A stretch of DNA of 41,023 bases, taken from NCBI GenBank assembly GCA_014359405.1, contig JACIZN010000001.1, positions 1 through 41,023 on the forward strand. The letters are read 5' to 3'. Under the pieces are notes generated by a model. It was not told the origin of the DNA, searched no databases, and saw only the letters and a list, made by a program, of their open reading frames with translations. The position numbers were made by a program, and so were the translations under genes. This DNA is from Candidatus Caldatribacterium oleiphilum (GTDB lineage Bacteria > Atribacterota > Atribacteria > Atribacterales > Caldatribacteriaceae). Position 1 is the first letter of the stretch. Every line of letters starts with the position of its first letter. Shown piece by piece: positions 1-11,899 of the stretch.

Positions 1-22
1 CCTGCGGCGAGGGGTTTTTTTG
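1..22 (+). terminator. 3' part of an intrinsic terminator in the leader of the ABC/trpB2 operon (possible attenuator)
   Basis: CCT-GCGGCG-AGGGG followed by a run of T; the stem is cut by the window edge; it lies about 25 nt before the ATG at 47. Confidence 0.6.
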
Positions 23-46
23 TAAAAAACGAGAGGGGGGTTTGGC

Positions 47-1054
47 ATGAAAAGGATAGGTATTGTGCTCTTCGTGGTTTTGCTCTTTGGACTTGCCCTG
101 GGTGTGGGAGCAGAGGAAAAAGTGCGCATCGGTATCATGCAAATCATTGACCACCCGGCCCTCAATGCCGTCCGCCAGGGGTTCATCGACGCCATGAAGG
201 AGGTTTACGGGTACGAAGAAGGGGTTAACATAGAGTACGATGCACAGTCTGCCCAGGGGGATATTGCAACGGCCAACACCATTGCCCGGAAATTCGTCAC
301 CGAAAAGGTGGACCTTATTCTCTCCATTGCTACTCCCACGTCACAGGCTGCGGTCAACGCCACAAAGGAAATACCCATCGTTTTCTCGGCGGTTACCGAC
401 CCGGTGAGCGCAGGTCTTGTGAAAGACCTCGAGCACCCGGGAGGAAACGTCACAGGAATTTCTGATATGACACCGGTAGCCCGCCAGATTGCGCTCATCA
501 AGTTCCTCTTCCCTGAGGCAAAGCGCATTGGGACGCTCTACAATGCCGGAGAGGTCAACTCGGTGGTGACGAATGAACTGGCTAAAAAAGCCTGTGCGGA
601 ACTTGGCCTTGAACTTGTTGAGGCAACGGTGGCAAGCACTGCCGATGTGGCCATGGCTGCCCAGTCCCTGGTCGGAAAGGTTGACGCCATTTACGTTTCC
701 ACCGACAATACCGTGGTGAGCGCTCTGGACGCGGTGGGGAACGTATGTCTTACCAATAAAATCCCCCTCATTCTTGCGGATCCGACAACGGTTGGAAAAG
801 GAGCCCTCTGCGCCCTTGGGTTTGACTACTACCTCCACGGAAGGCAAACCGCCGATATCGCAGCTCGAATCCTCAAGGGAGAAAAACCGGGGGATATTCC
901 GGTCGAGTTTGCCAAAAAACTCTTTCTCCTTGTGAATCCCAAGACCGTTGAGGCTTTAGGACTTTCGGCGGCTGACCTTGAGGCCAAGCTCAACGAGTTC
1001 GTCAAGGCAATGGAAAAAGAGGGTGTCGAGGTTACGCTGGGTAAGCTCGAGTAA
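47..1054 (+). CDS. ABC transporter substrate-binding protein, COG2984/TrpX-like (aromatic amino acid)
   Basis: Signal peptide without lipobox Cys; family motifs QIIDHPAL, IATP, AVTDPV, NVTGISD, YNAGEVNS, TDNTV; SD GAGGGGG. Confidence 0.9.
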   Translation: MKRIGIVLFVVLLFGLALGVGAEEKVRIGIMQIIDHPALNAVRQGFIDAMKEVYGYEEGVNIEYDAQSAQGDIATANTIARKFVTEKVDLILSIATPTSQAAVNATKEIPIVFSAVTDPVSAGLVKDLEHPGGNVTGISDMTPVARQIALIKFLFPEAKRIGTLYNAGEVNSVVTNELAKKACAELGLELVEATVASTADVAMAAQSLVGKVDAIYVSTDNTVVSALDAVGNVCLTNKIPLILADPTTVGKGALCALGFDYYLHGRQTADIAARILKGEKPGDIPVEFAKKLFLLVNPKTVEALGLSAADLEAKLNEFVKAMEKEGVEVTLGKLE

Positions 1055-1062
1055 AAATTAAT

Positions 1063-1093
1063 GAGCGGGAGACTGTTTCCAGTCTCCCGCCTC
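1063..1093 (+). promoter_or_regulatory. Intercistronic hairpin (probable mRNA-stabilising stem-loop)
   Basis: GCGGGAGACTG-TTTC-CAGTCTCCCGC, perfect 11-bp stem, no U tract. Confidence 0.7.
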
Positions 1094-1115
1094 GAGAAAG
1101 AGAGGGGGCATTCCG

Positions 1116-2012
1116 ATTCAGGAGTTTTTCCTCTACAGCATCCAGGAAGGATTGCTCTTTGGGATTCTGGCCCTTGGGGTTTTCATTACCTTTCGGTGCT
1201 TGAATTTTCCCGATCTTACCGTTGATGGGAGCTACCCCCTGGGGGCGGCGGTCTTTGCCCTCATGATGTACCGGGGGTATGGTCCGGGAGTGGGAATTGC
1301 CGTTGCTCTTGGTGCGGGGGCGGTAGCAGGACTTTTCACCGGTATCCTCCACACCTTTTCCCGGATTCCGGCGCTTCTTTCGGGTATCCTCACCATGATT
1401 TGCCTGTACTCCATAAACCTTCGAATCATGGGGAGACCCAATCTCTCTCTTTCTGAGTACCTTGGGCACCGTACACTCTTTACCATCCTTCGGGATTCCT
1501 TTCCTTCTGTGCCCGAGGTGTACGTTCGTCTTGTCTTTCTCTGCGGCCTCATCATTTTCCTGAAATTCCTCATCGATGCTTTCCTGCAGACGGAAGTCGG
1601 TCTTTCCATTCGGGCTACAGGGGACAACGAAGTCCTTGTGGCCACCCAGGGTATTGACCCAAACGACATGAAACTCATCGGTATCAGCCTTTCAAATGCT
1701 TTGGTGGCCCTTGCAGGAGCGATGTTTGCCCAGTACCAGGGCTTTGTGGACATCAACATGGGCATCGGCATGGTCATCTCGGGACTTGCCTCGGTCATTG
1801 TGGGAGAGGTACTCCTGCGGGGGAAAACAATCTTTGTCATGACCCTTCAGGTGATTGTGGGGTCGGTGGTGTACCGTTTGGCCACGGCCATTGCCCTGAA
1901 CTGGGGGTACAGCATCGGCTTTAAACCGTACGATCTGAAGCTCTTTACGGGGCTTCTCGTGATTATCATTCTCTCTTTCCCTGTTCTCAAGGAAAAATTT
2001 GGGAAGGCGTAG
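1116..2012 (+). CDS. ABC transporter permease (COG4120 type); probable ATT start at 1116
   Basis: PDLTVDGSYPLG, LYSINLRIMG, IRATGDN, GLASVIVGE motifs; frame open upstream of TTG 1152 as IQEFFLYSIQEG; SD GAGGGGG at 1102-1108. Confidence 0.88.
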   Translation: MQEFFLYSIQEGLLFGILALGVFITFRCLNFPDLTVDGSYPLGAAVFALMMYRGYGPGVGIAVALGAGAVAGLFTGILHTFSRIPALLSGILTMICLYSINLRIMGRPNLSLSEYLGHRTLFTILRDSFPSVPEVYVRLVFLCGLIIFLKFLIDAFLQTEVGLSIRATGDNEVLVATQGIDPNDMKLIGISLSNALVALAGAMFAQYQGFVDINMGIGMVISGLASVIVGEVLLRGKTIFVMTLQVIVGSVVYRLATAIALNWGYSIGFKPYDLKLFTGLLVIIILSFPVLKEKFGKA

Positions 2013-2014
2013 CC

Positions 2015-2812
2015 ATGCTTCGGCTTGAACGGGTGAACAAGTACTTTTTCCGGAATACTCAGGATGAGCGATGGGCCATCCGGAACCTGAGCCTTGAGGT
2101 GACCAAGGGGGAATTCGTGACCGTTGTGGGGAGTAACGGTGCGGGGAAAACGACGCTTCTCAACCTCATCGGAGGTACGTACTTTCCCGACAGCGGCCGT
2201 ATCTTCATCAACGGTAGCGATGTGACCACGGTTCCCGCTCATGAACGGGCGAAGTACCTCGGGAGGGTCTTCCAGAATACGTTCCAGGGGACGGCTCCAA
2301 ACCTCACCATTGAGGAGAACCTGGCAATTGCCTATCTCAAGGGGAAACGGAAGGGTATCCGCATGGCCATAAACGAGAAAATGCGGGAGTACTTCCGGGA
2401 GCGTCTTGCCGAAATTGGACTTGGCCTTGAGAAGCGCCTGAAGGACCGGGTTGGACTTCTCTCGGGGGGTCAAAGGCAAGCCCTTGCCCTTCTTATGGCT
2501 ACCTTTGGGAATCCGAAAATACTCCTTCTTGACGAACATACGGCAAATCTTGACCCCAAAACGGGCGAGAAGATAATGGAGTTGACCACGCGTCTCATAG
2601 AAGAGAACGCCCTCACGGCCATCATGGTGACGCATAACCTTCAGGATGCTCTCCAGTACGGGAACCGGACGCTCATGATGGATGAAGGGGAGATTGTGCT
2701 TGACATTTCCGGGGAAGAGCGAAAGCGCATGACCCTGCAGGAGCTCCTTGAGCGGTTCAGCGAGCGACGTCACAAGAAGTTCGCGGACGATAGAGCTCTG
2801 CTCTCGTCATAG
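2015..2812 (+). CDS. ABC transporter ATP-binding protein (COG1101 type)
   Basis: Walker A GSNGAGKT, signature LSGGQRQ, Walker B LLLDEHTA, H-loop VTH. Confidence 0.93.
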   Translation: MLRLERVNKYFFRNTQDERWAIRNLSLEVTKGEFVTVVGSNGAGKTTLLNLIGGTYFPDSGRIFINGSDVTTVPAHERAKYLGRVFQNTFQGTAPNLTIEENLAIAYLKGKRKGIRMAINEKMREYFRERLAEIGLGLEKRLKDRVGLLSGGQRQALALLMATFGNPKILLLDEHTANLDPKTGEKIMELTTRLIEENALTAIMVTHNLQDALQYGNRTLMMDEGEIVLDISGEERKRMTLQELLERFSERRHKKFADDRALLSS

Positions 2813-2830
2813 AAGAAAGGAGGAAAGAGT

Positions 2831-4147
2831 ATGGATGAGAATCGCGTTCTTCTGAGCGAGCGGGAGATGCCCACGGTCTGGTACAATATCCTCCCTGATC
2901 TTCCCCGTCCCCTTGACCCTCCGCTCCATCCTCTCACCAGGGAACCGGTGAAACCGGAGGACCTTGCCCCCGTGTTTCCTCCAAGCCTCATCGAGCAGGA
3001 GGTGAGCGGGGAACGCTTCATCGATATCCCGGGGGAGGTTCTCGATGTGTACCGCCTGTGGCGGCCAACACCCCTTGTCCGGGCCCGGCGTCTTGAGAAG
3101 GCCCTCGGCACACCGGCCCGCATCTACTATAAGTACGAGGGGGTGAGCCCTGCAGGGAGCCACAAGCCGAATACCGCCGTGGCCCAGGCGTACTACAACA
3201 AAAAAGACGGGACGAAGCGTCTGACCACAGAAACCGGGGCGGGTCAGTGGGGTTCGGCCCTGGCCATGGCGTGTCGGTTCTTCGGTCTTGAGTGTACGGT
3301 GTACATGGTGCGGATAAGCTACGAGCAGAAACCGTACCGGCGAGTTCTCATGGAAACCTGGGGAGCAGAGGTGTACCCAAGCCCAAGCACCCGTACGAAG
3401 GCAGGGCGTGACATCCTCGCTCAGGACCCGAATTCCCTCGGAAGCCTTGGCATCGCCATCAGTGAAGCCATAGAAGACGCGGTGACGACCCCAAACTCCA
3501 AGTACAGCCTGGGAAGCGTTCTGAACCACGTGCTCCTGCATCAGACCATTATCGGCGAAGAGGCAAAGCTCCAGCTTGAGAAAGTCGGGGAATACCCGGA
3601 TATCATTGTGGGGTGTGTGGGAGGAGGGAGCAATTTCGGAGGAATCCTTCTCCCCTTCATGCGGGACAAGCTCGAGGGAAAGAAGAACTTTCGGGGGATT
3701 GCGGTTGAGCCGGTGGCCTGTTCCTCCCTTCTTCGGGGAAAGTACGAGTACGACTACGGGGATGTGGCCAAGAACACCCCTCTTTTGAAGATGCACACCT
3801 TAGGGCATGATTTCATTCCTCCGGCGATTCACGCGGGGGGCTTGCGGTACCACGGTATGGCACCCATTATAAGCCTTCTCTACGATGCTGGTCTCATCGA
3901 AGCCCAGGCGTACCACCAGAACGCCGTTTTCGAGGCAGCGGTTCTCTTTGCCCGTACTGAGGGATTCGTGGTGGCTCCGGAGACGGCTCATGCGGTGAAG
4001 GCGGTTATCGAAGAAGCCAAAAAGTGTGCAGAAACCGGTGAAGAGAAGGTGATTCTTTTCAACTGCAGCGGCCACGGATTCTTGGACCTCAGTGCCTACG
4101 ATCAGTACCTCTCTGGGAAACTCCCTGATGTGAACCACGGAAAATAG
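2831..4147 (+). CDS. trpB2: Tryptophan synthase beta chain type 2 (TrpB2)
   Basis: [10 protein letters not shown]-terminal extension, [11 protein letters not shown] lysine, [28 protein letters not shown]. Confidence 0.95.
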   Translation: MDENRVLLSEREMPTVWYNILPDLPRPLDPPLHPLTREPVKPEDLAPVFPPSLIEQEVSGERFIDIPGEVLDVYRLWRPTPLVRARRLEKALGTPARIYYKYEGVSPAGSHKPNTAVAQAYYNKKDGTKRLTTETGAGQWGSALAMACRFFGLECTVYMVRISYEQKPYRRVLMETWGAEVYPSPSTRTKAGRDILAQDPNSLGSLGIAISEAIEDAVTTPNSKYSLGSVLNHVLLHQTIIGEEAKLQLEKVGEYPDIIVGCVGGGSNFGGILLPFMRDKLEGKKNFRGIAVEPVACSSLLRGKYEYDYGDVAKNTPLLKMHTLGHDFIPPAIHAGGLRYHGMAPIISLLYDAGLIEAQAYHQNAVFEAAVLFARTEGFVVAPETAHAVKAVIEEAKKCAETGEEKVILFNCSGHGFLDLSAYDQYLSGKLPDVNHGK

Positions 4148-4179
4148 AGAAAAGCAGGGCAAGTTGCCCTGCTTTTCTC
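4147..4179. terminator. Bidirectional intrinsic terminator between convergent trpB2 and pckG
   Basis: Perfect 16-bp inverted repeat GAGAAAAGCAGGGCAA-G-TTGCCCTGCTTTTCTC, with T tracts on both strands. Confidence 0.85.
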
Positions 4180-4192
4180 GGACACTTCCTCC

Positions 4193-6067
4193 TCAGACTA
4201 CCTCAAAGACAAAGGGGTTCACGTACGGTCCGTATTTCTCAAGGACGGCAAGCAATCGCTTTCGTTGCTCTTCAAGGACCTCAAAGAGAATCGGGGGAGT
4301 GTCCTCAACTTTTTCGCGGTAGATCTTCGTGACTCGCTCAATTTTCCGAAGATTCTCGTTTACCCGAAGCATGAACTGCTTCACGTAATCTTCCTCCCGA
4401 TACTCTTTTTGCAAAACCTCTTTGAAGAGCGCCTTGAGGTCTGGGTAAAGGGGAATGAATCCGGTCGGGGTTTTGGCAGCTCTGACCTCCCCGTGAACTC
4501 TCTTTTCCATCCACTTAAACCAAACCTTTTTGTCCCTTTTCTCGTTGAGGTAACGGCCATCCGCGTCCTTCAGGAAGTAGTTGACAGAGAAGATTTTTGG
4601 AACTCTCTTTAATCCTTTCCCAAAATTGAGGTTGTTTTGGATGTACCGACCAATAGGGATGGAGAGGAAGTCAAGGTTTGACATGGGGTTGAGTTCTCGT
4701 ACTCCCACTTCTCCCAGAGTAGCAGCAGTGGTTTCTGATTCCAGGGCTGCGCCCTTTGTGATGATACCGTGAACCCAATCGAAAGCTTCTTCTACCGGTG
4801 GCCAGGTATCCGAGTCCCTTCCTCCATACACAATGCCGCTGACTACAACCCCAAGAGGGTCGTCAAGGTGAGGATCGAGGTTTTCAAGCTTTTCGAGAGA
4901 AATCGTAAAGCGGGCGTTGGGATGGGAGGGAGGAATCTCTCTTCCCTTTTCATCCTTTTTGCCGGGGAACCACATTCCGCTGTGATTTATCCCCCTTTCG
5001 GGCAGGGGAGCGTCTTTACCCTCCCAAAAAACCCCTCCGTCTTCGGTGATGAGGACGTTGGAGAATATGACCTCGCCCGGGGTACACAGGGCCTTGTAGA
5101 TAATGGGGTCGTCAACGGAGTTTATTCCCTGAATGATACCAAACATTCCCCGCTCGACGTTTACTGCCCGAGCTTCGCCGTTGATATTTCGCAGATAAGC
5201 GATATCGTCTCCTACGATGGTTTCCCCCTCGAGCATAGCGGTTGAAGTTTTTCCACACAGTGAGGGAAAGGCGCCGGTGAAGTAGGTCACTCTTCCTTGA
5301 GAACCCCGGACACCCATAATGAGCATGTGTTCGGTGAGCCAGTTTTCACGGTCTCCTCGGCGGATGGCCAGACGCATGGCCAGCTTCTTCATTCCAATGC
5401 TGTTTCCTCCGTACTGGGTGTTCACGCTGTACACCGTTTCTCCCTCAAGGTCAATGTAGATTCTCCTTTTGTCGATGTTTTTGCAGGTCTTTCTCTCGTC
5501 GAGTTCTCCTTGGGCGTGAACAAACCGGAAAAAGTCGAAGGAATTTCCCCGACGAATGAATTCCTCGTATCCCGGACGGTACAGAAGATACTCATTGTGG
5601 GCCACATAACTTGAGTCAGTGAGCTGAACACAGGGTATGGTGAAAGGGGAATTTGCCGGTCCAAGGCACAAAAAGAGGACGTACATTTCTCGACCTTTCA
5701 TGATATCTCTGAGAAGTTCGAGAATTTCGGAGAGGCCTTTTTCTCGGTCCATAGTCTCAATAAAGGGGCCGAGGTTCTCTCCAGGAGGAACAAGGATCTT
5801 GGTGTTCTTCTTATCCCGTCCCTGATCAAAGTAACTATCAAAATGCGCCGTATGTCCCGGTATGGCCAGAGGGATTTCTTCTCCATTCTTTATGGCACTT
5901 TCCCGGATGTACTGGAGGTCTTCCTCGCTGTCCGTTGAGATGAAAACCCTGTCGGGATTGCACAAGGACACGAAAAAGGCGATGAATTCATGGACCTGAG
6001 GGTTGGTGATACGCGCCAGTCTCTCCCACATGTTTGGGCTTAATCGCACTCTCAGGTTTTCCTTCAT
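4193..6067 (-). CDS. pckG: Phosphoenolpyruvate carboxykinase (GTP), archaeal-like subgroup
   Basis: YGGNS, WLTEHM, AFPSLCGKT, VGDDIA, SHPNARF, GGRD motifs; start placed at MKENL (6067) after SD AAGGAG. Confidence 0.93.
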   Translation of the reverse strand: MKENLRVRLSPNMWERLARITNPQVHEFIAFFVSLCNPDRVFISTDSEEDLQYIRESAIKNGEEIPLAIPGHTAHFDSYFDQGRDKKNTKILVPPGENLGPFIETMDREKGLSEILELLRDIMKGREMYVLFLCLGPANSPFTIPCVQLTDSSYVAHNEYLLYRPGYEEFIRRGNSFDFFRFVHAQGELDERKTCKNIDKRRIYIDLEGETVYSVNTQYGGNSIGMKKLAMRLAIRRGDRENWLTEHMLIMGVRGSQGRVTYFTGAFPSLCGKTSTAMLEGETIVGDDIAYLRNINGEARAVNVERGMFGIIQGINSVDDPIIYKALCTPGEVIFSNVLITEDGGVFWEGKDAPLPERGINHSGMWFPGKKDEKGREIPPSHPNARFTISLEKLENLDPHLDDPLGVVVSGIVYGGRDSDTWPPVEEAFDWVHGIITKGAALESETTAATLGEVGVRELNPMSNLDFLSIPIGRYIQNNLNFGKGLKRVPKIFSVNYFLKDADGRYLNEKRDKKVWFKWMEKRVHGEVRAAKTPTGFIPLYPDLKALFKEVLQKEYREEDYVKQFMLRVNENLRKIERVTKIYREKVEDTPPILFEVLEEQRKRLLAVLEKYGPYVNPFVFEVV

Positions 6068-6095
6068 CCTTTCCACTCCTTTGTTTTTAGCGAGA

Positions 6096-6124
6096 ATTTT
6101 AAAGGTTTGCGTTCCAAGTATCAA
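6096..6124 (-). promoter_or_regulatory. Sigma70-type promoter of pckG
   Basis: Minus strand TTGATA-17 nt-TAAAAT, about 29 nt upstream of ATG 6067. Confidence 0.7.
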
Positions 6125-6264
6125 TAGTTTCTCGGCATTTCTCTGTCGTTTCAGTTCGGGAGCCGAAAAAGGCATGGTAGCTGCGTTGTTGTCCTTGTTA
6201 CATTCTTCAGATGTTTAGAGAAAGATTTTCCCGAAAGTGGATTTACAGGAATTTTTTTGAGTTA

Positions 6265-6273
6265 TGGTACAAT
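6265..6273 (+). promoter_or_regulatory. Extended -10 promoter of FGGY kinase/rubredoxin unit
   Basis: TG-G-TACAAT with AT-rich upstream sequence; no well-spaced -35. Confidence 0.5.
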
Positions 6274-6309
6274 AGCCCCAGAGAACTTCTGGTAGGCGGG
6301 GGTGAACGT

Positions 6310-7842
6310 ATGTACCTTCTTGGAACTGATATCGGGACCAACGGCACCAAGACGGTTATGGTGGATGAGAAGGGGAATTTCATCGCCGATGCCTTTGTGG
6401 AGTACGGCGTTATCACGCCGAAGCCATCCTGGGCAGAGCAGTGGCCGGATGTCTGGCTTGACGCGGTGGTGAAAACTGTTGCCCGCTGCGTGGAGAAATC
6501 AAAGGTCAATCCCAAGGATATTGCCGGCCTTGCCATAAGCGGTCTCTACGGTGGTTCGGGCATTCCTGTGGACAAGGACATAAAGCCTCTTCGTCCCTGC
6601 CTCATCTGGATGGACCGGAGGGCAAGGAAGGAAACGCAGTGGGTGAAGGACAACGTTCCCCTTGAGAAAATCTTTGGCATCACGGGGAATTACGTTGATT
6701 CGTACTACGGCTTCACGAAGATGATGTGGATACGGAACAACGAACCCGAGGTTTGGGAAAAAATTTACCAGTTCGTCACTCCCAAGGACTACGTGGTGTA
6801 CTGTCTCACCGGGGAGCTCGCCACGGACTACTCTTCGGCGGGCAATATCGGTGGAGTCTTTGATATCCGCAAGCGCACCTGGTCTGATGAAATGTGCGAA
6901 ATCCTTGGGATTCCAAAGCGGATGCTCCCCGAGAGAATCTATAAATCCTCCGAGATTGTGGGGAAGCTCAAGAAGGAATTTGCCGAGAAAATGGGTCTTT
7001 TGAGCGGCATGCCCATCGTGGCAGGGGGCATTGATGCGCCGGTTGCGCAGCTTGCGGCAGGGGTTTTAGGTCCTGGAGAACACGTGGCCATGGCAGGAAC
7101 CTCCATGTGCTGGGGAACGGTGCACGATGGGACGTACCTTACCCCGTTCCTGGTGAGCTTCCCGTACGTGGTGTACGATGATAAGCTCATCTACACCTTC
7201 GGCGGAAGCGCAACCTCTGGAGCCTTAGCGCGCTGGTTTCGTGACCAGTTCGGGCGGCTTGAGAAGGAAGCGGAGAAAGACTTCGGCATTCCTGCGTACA
7301 CTCTTCTTGAGCTCCAGGCACGGGACATCCCACCAGGAAGTGAGGGTATCGTCGTGCTCCCGTACTTCATGGGTGAACGCTCGCCCATTTGGGACCCCGA
7401 TGCCCGGGGAACAATTCTTGGGCTCTCCCTCTACCACACAAGGGCTCACGTCTACAAGGCCATGCTTGAGGCTGCGGCGTACGCTCTCCGGCACAACATG
7501 GAAGAGGCTCTGAAAACGGGAATGAAGCTCAACCCCGAGTGCTGGATTGTCGGTGGTGTTGCCCGTTCCTCCTTCTGGGTGCAGATTTTTGCCGATGTGA
7601 CTGGTTTTGATATGAAGCGTCTCTCAAAGGACGTCGAGGCACCTTTTGGTGATGCTTTTCTTGCCGGTCTTGGCACGGGGGTCATCGACAAACCGGAGCG
7701 CATCAAGGAGTGGGTGAGCTTCCGACCGGTCATTAAGGTGGACCCCGAAAGAAAAGCAATGTACGACCGGTACTACGAGCTCTTCCGGGAACTCTACGAG
7801 AGCACCAAAGGCGTCATGAAAAAGCTTGCGGATTTGATGTAG
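6310..7842 (+). CDS. FGGY-family carbohydrate kinase (xylulokinase-like)
   Basis: [42 protein letters not shown]; start MYLLG at 6310 after SD GGGGGTG. Confidence 0.9.
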   Translation: MYLLGTDIGTNGTKTVMVDEKGNFIADAFVEYGVITPKPSWAEQWPDVWLDAVVKTVARCVEKSKVNPKDIAGLAISGLYGGSGIPVDKDIKPLRPCLIWMDRRARKETQWVKDNVPLEKIFGITGNYVDSYYGFTKMMWIRNNEPEVWEKIYQFVTPKDYVVYCLTGELATDYSSAGNIGGVFDIRKRTWSDEMCEILGIPKRMLPERIYKSSEIVGKLKKEFAEKMGLLSGMPIVAGGIDAPVAQLAAGVLGPGEHVAMAGTSMCWGTVHDGTYLTPFLVSFPYVVYDDKLIYTFGGSATSGALARWFRDQFGRLEKEAEKDFGIPAYTLLELQARDIPPGSEGIVVLPYFMGERSPIWDPDARGTILGLSLYHTRAHVYKAMLEAAAYALRHNMEEALKTGMKLNPECWIVGGVARSSFWVQIFADVTGFDMKRLSKDVEAPFGDAFLAGLGTGVIDKPERIKEWVSFRPVIKVDPERKAMYDRYYELFRELYESTKGVMKKLADLM

Positions 7843-7850
7843 GGGGAGTT

Positions 7851-8537
7851 TTGGTGAATCTTGACGCCCTTTTTTCGCTCAACTGTGGAATGTACGTTTT
7901 ATCTGCCCGCCATGGGGAGGAGGTGAATGGGTGCATTATCAACGCTTTGGTCCAGGTCACGGCTTTTCCTCCCCAGATTGTGGCAAGCCTCAACAAGGAG
8001 AGCTATACCCTTCCCCTTGTGCAGCAGAGCGGGTACTTTGGCATTTCGGTTCTTGACCAAGATACACCCCTCCAGGTAATAGGTCTTTTTGGCTTTCGAA
8101 GCGGCAAGGACACGAAGAAGTTCGACCAGGTGAAGTATTTCCTTGGAAAGACGGGTGTTCCCATTCTTGCTGAGCACGTTGTGGCTTTTGTCGAGGCAAA
8201 ACTCGTCAAAAGTGTAGACGCAGGAACCCATGTCCTGCTCCTTGGGGAAGTGGTGGAAACGGATTTTGTGAATGCAGAAGCTAACCCCATGACCTACGGG
8301 TACTACCGGGATGTCAAGGGCGGAAAGGTCCCTCGCACCGCAGCAACGTACAAGGAAGAAAAGGTGAAACCCGAAGAAGTAGGACGGTACCGCTGCAAGG
8401 TCTGTGGGTACATCTACGACCCCCGTTTCGGAGACCCAGATTCAGGAATCCCTGCGGGGACTCGTTTTGCCGACCTTCCGGATACCTGGGTTTGCCCGAT
8501 TTGTGGGGTTGGTAAGGACCAATTCGAGAGGGTGTAG
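7851..8537 (+). CDS. Flavin reductase-rubredoxin fusion (high-molecular-weight rubredoxin, Hrb-like)
   Basis: N-terminal flavin reductase-like domain (NGCIIN, FGFRSG, AGTH); C-terminal rubredoxin [10 protein letters not shown]...WVCPICG; start TTG 7851 or GTG 7854. Confidence 0.88.
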   Translation: MVNLDALFSLNCGMYVLSARHGEEVNGCIINALVQVTAFPPQIVASLNKESYTLPLVQQSGYFGISVLDQDTPLQVIGLFGFRSGKDTKKFDQVKYFLGKTGVPILAEHVVAFVEAKLVKSVDAGTHVLLLGEVVETDFVNAEANPMTYGYYRDVKGGKVPRTAATYKEEKVKPEEVGRYRCKVCGYIYDPRFGDPDSGIPAGTRFADLPDTWVCPICGVGKDQFERV

Positions 8538-8555
8538 AATTTTCACCCCTCCCCC

Positions 8556-8584
8556 TTGCAAAAGGAAAAGAAACCGAGTAAAAT
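8556..8584 (+). promoter_or_regulatory. Sigma70-type promoter of the 23S-5S rRNA unit
   Basis: TTGCAA-17 nt-TAAAAT, about 80 nt upstream of the 23S 5' end. Confidence 0.8.
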
Positions 8585-8590
8585 ACCACT

Positions 8591-8617
8591 TGCCCTGTTG
8601 GGCATGCACCTTGACAA
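8591..8617 (+). promoter_or_regulatory. boxB-like hairpin plus boxA-like rrn antitermination signal
   Basis: TGCCC-TGTT-GGGCA hairpin immediately followed by TGCACCTTGACAA (cf. boxA TGCTCTTTAACA). Confidence 0.65.
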
Positions 8618-8663
8618 GTGAATACCGTCTGGGGAAAGCATCCTGCCGAATAGACAGGTTTGC

Positions 8664-11681
<3,018 letters not shown>

Positions 11682-11723
11682 GCAATGGCTTCATTCCAGG
11701 ATGCTTCCCCAGAGGTATACAGG

Positions 11724-11845
11724 TTTCCCGGTGGCCATAGCGGAGGGGAGACACCCGGAACCATTCCGAACCCGGAAGTTAAGCCCTCCAGCGCCGATGA
11801 TACTGCCTGGGGAACTGGGCGGGAAAGTAGGACGCTGCCGGGAAA
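11724..11845 (+). rRNA. rrf: 5S ribosomal RNA
   Basis: TTTCCCGGTGGC...CCATTCCGAAC...GAAGTTAAGC...GAAAGTAGG...GCTGCCGGGAAA with paired ends. Confidence 0.98.
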
Positions 11846-11847
11846 GA

Positions 11848-11874
11848 GCCGGAGAGCAATCTCCGGCTTTTTTT
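11848..11874 (+). terminator. Intrinsic terminator of the rRNA unit
   Basis: GCCGGAGA-GCAA-TCTCCGGC-TTTTTTT. Confidence 0.92.
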
Positions 11875-11899
11875 GTATTTACGCCTTGAGGAGATGGAT

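Noticed and set aside
6264-6276. ATGGTACAAT(A/G)GC shared by the upstream regions of both FGGY kinases (also 19294-19306, minus strand)
   Set aside because: Fully explained as an extended -10 consensus; orientation relative to the kinases differs, so not called an operator
6068-6309. ORF-track N-terminal extensions of pckG (to 6175) and FGGY kinase (from 6211)
   Set aside because: Promoters and SD sites lie inside these extensions; the real starts are 6067 and 6310. Similar trimming applied to lepA, pgk, rplM, nnr, alr, rimI and purA
8528-8551. Hairpin at the end of the rubredoxin gene as a terminator
   Set aside because: Short stem, large loop, no U tract
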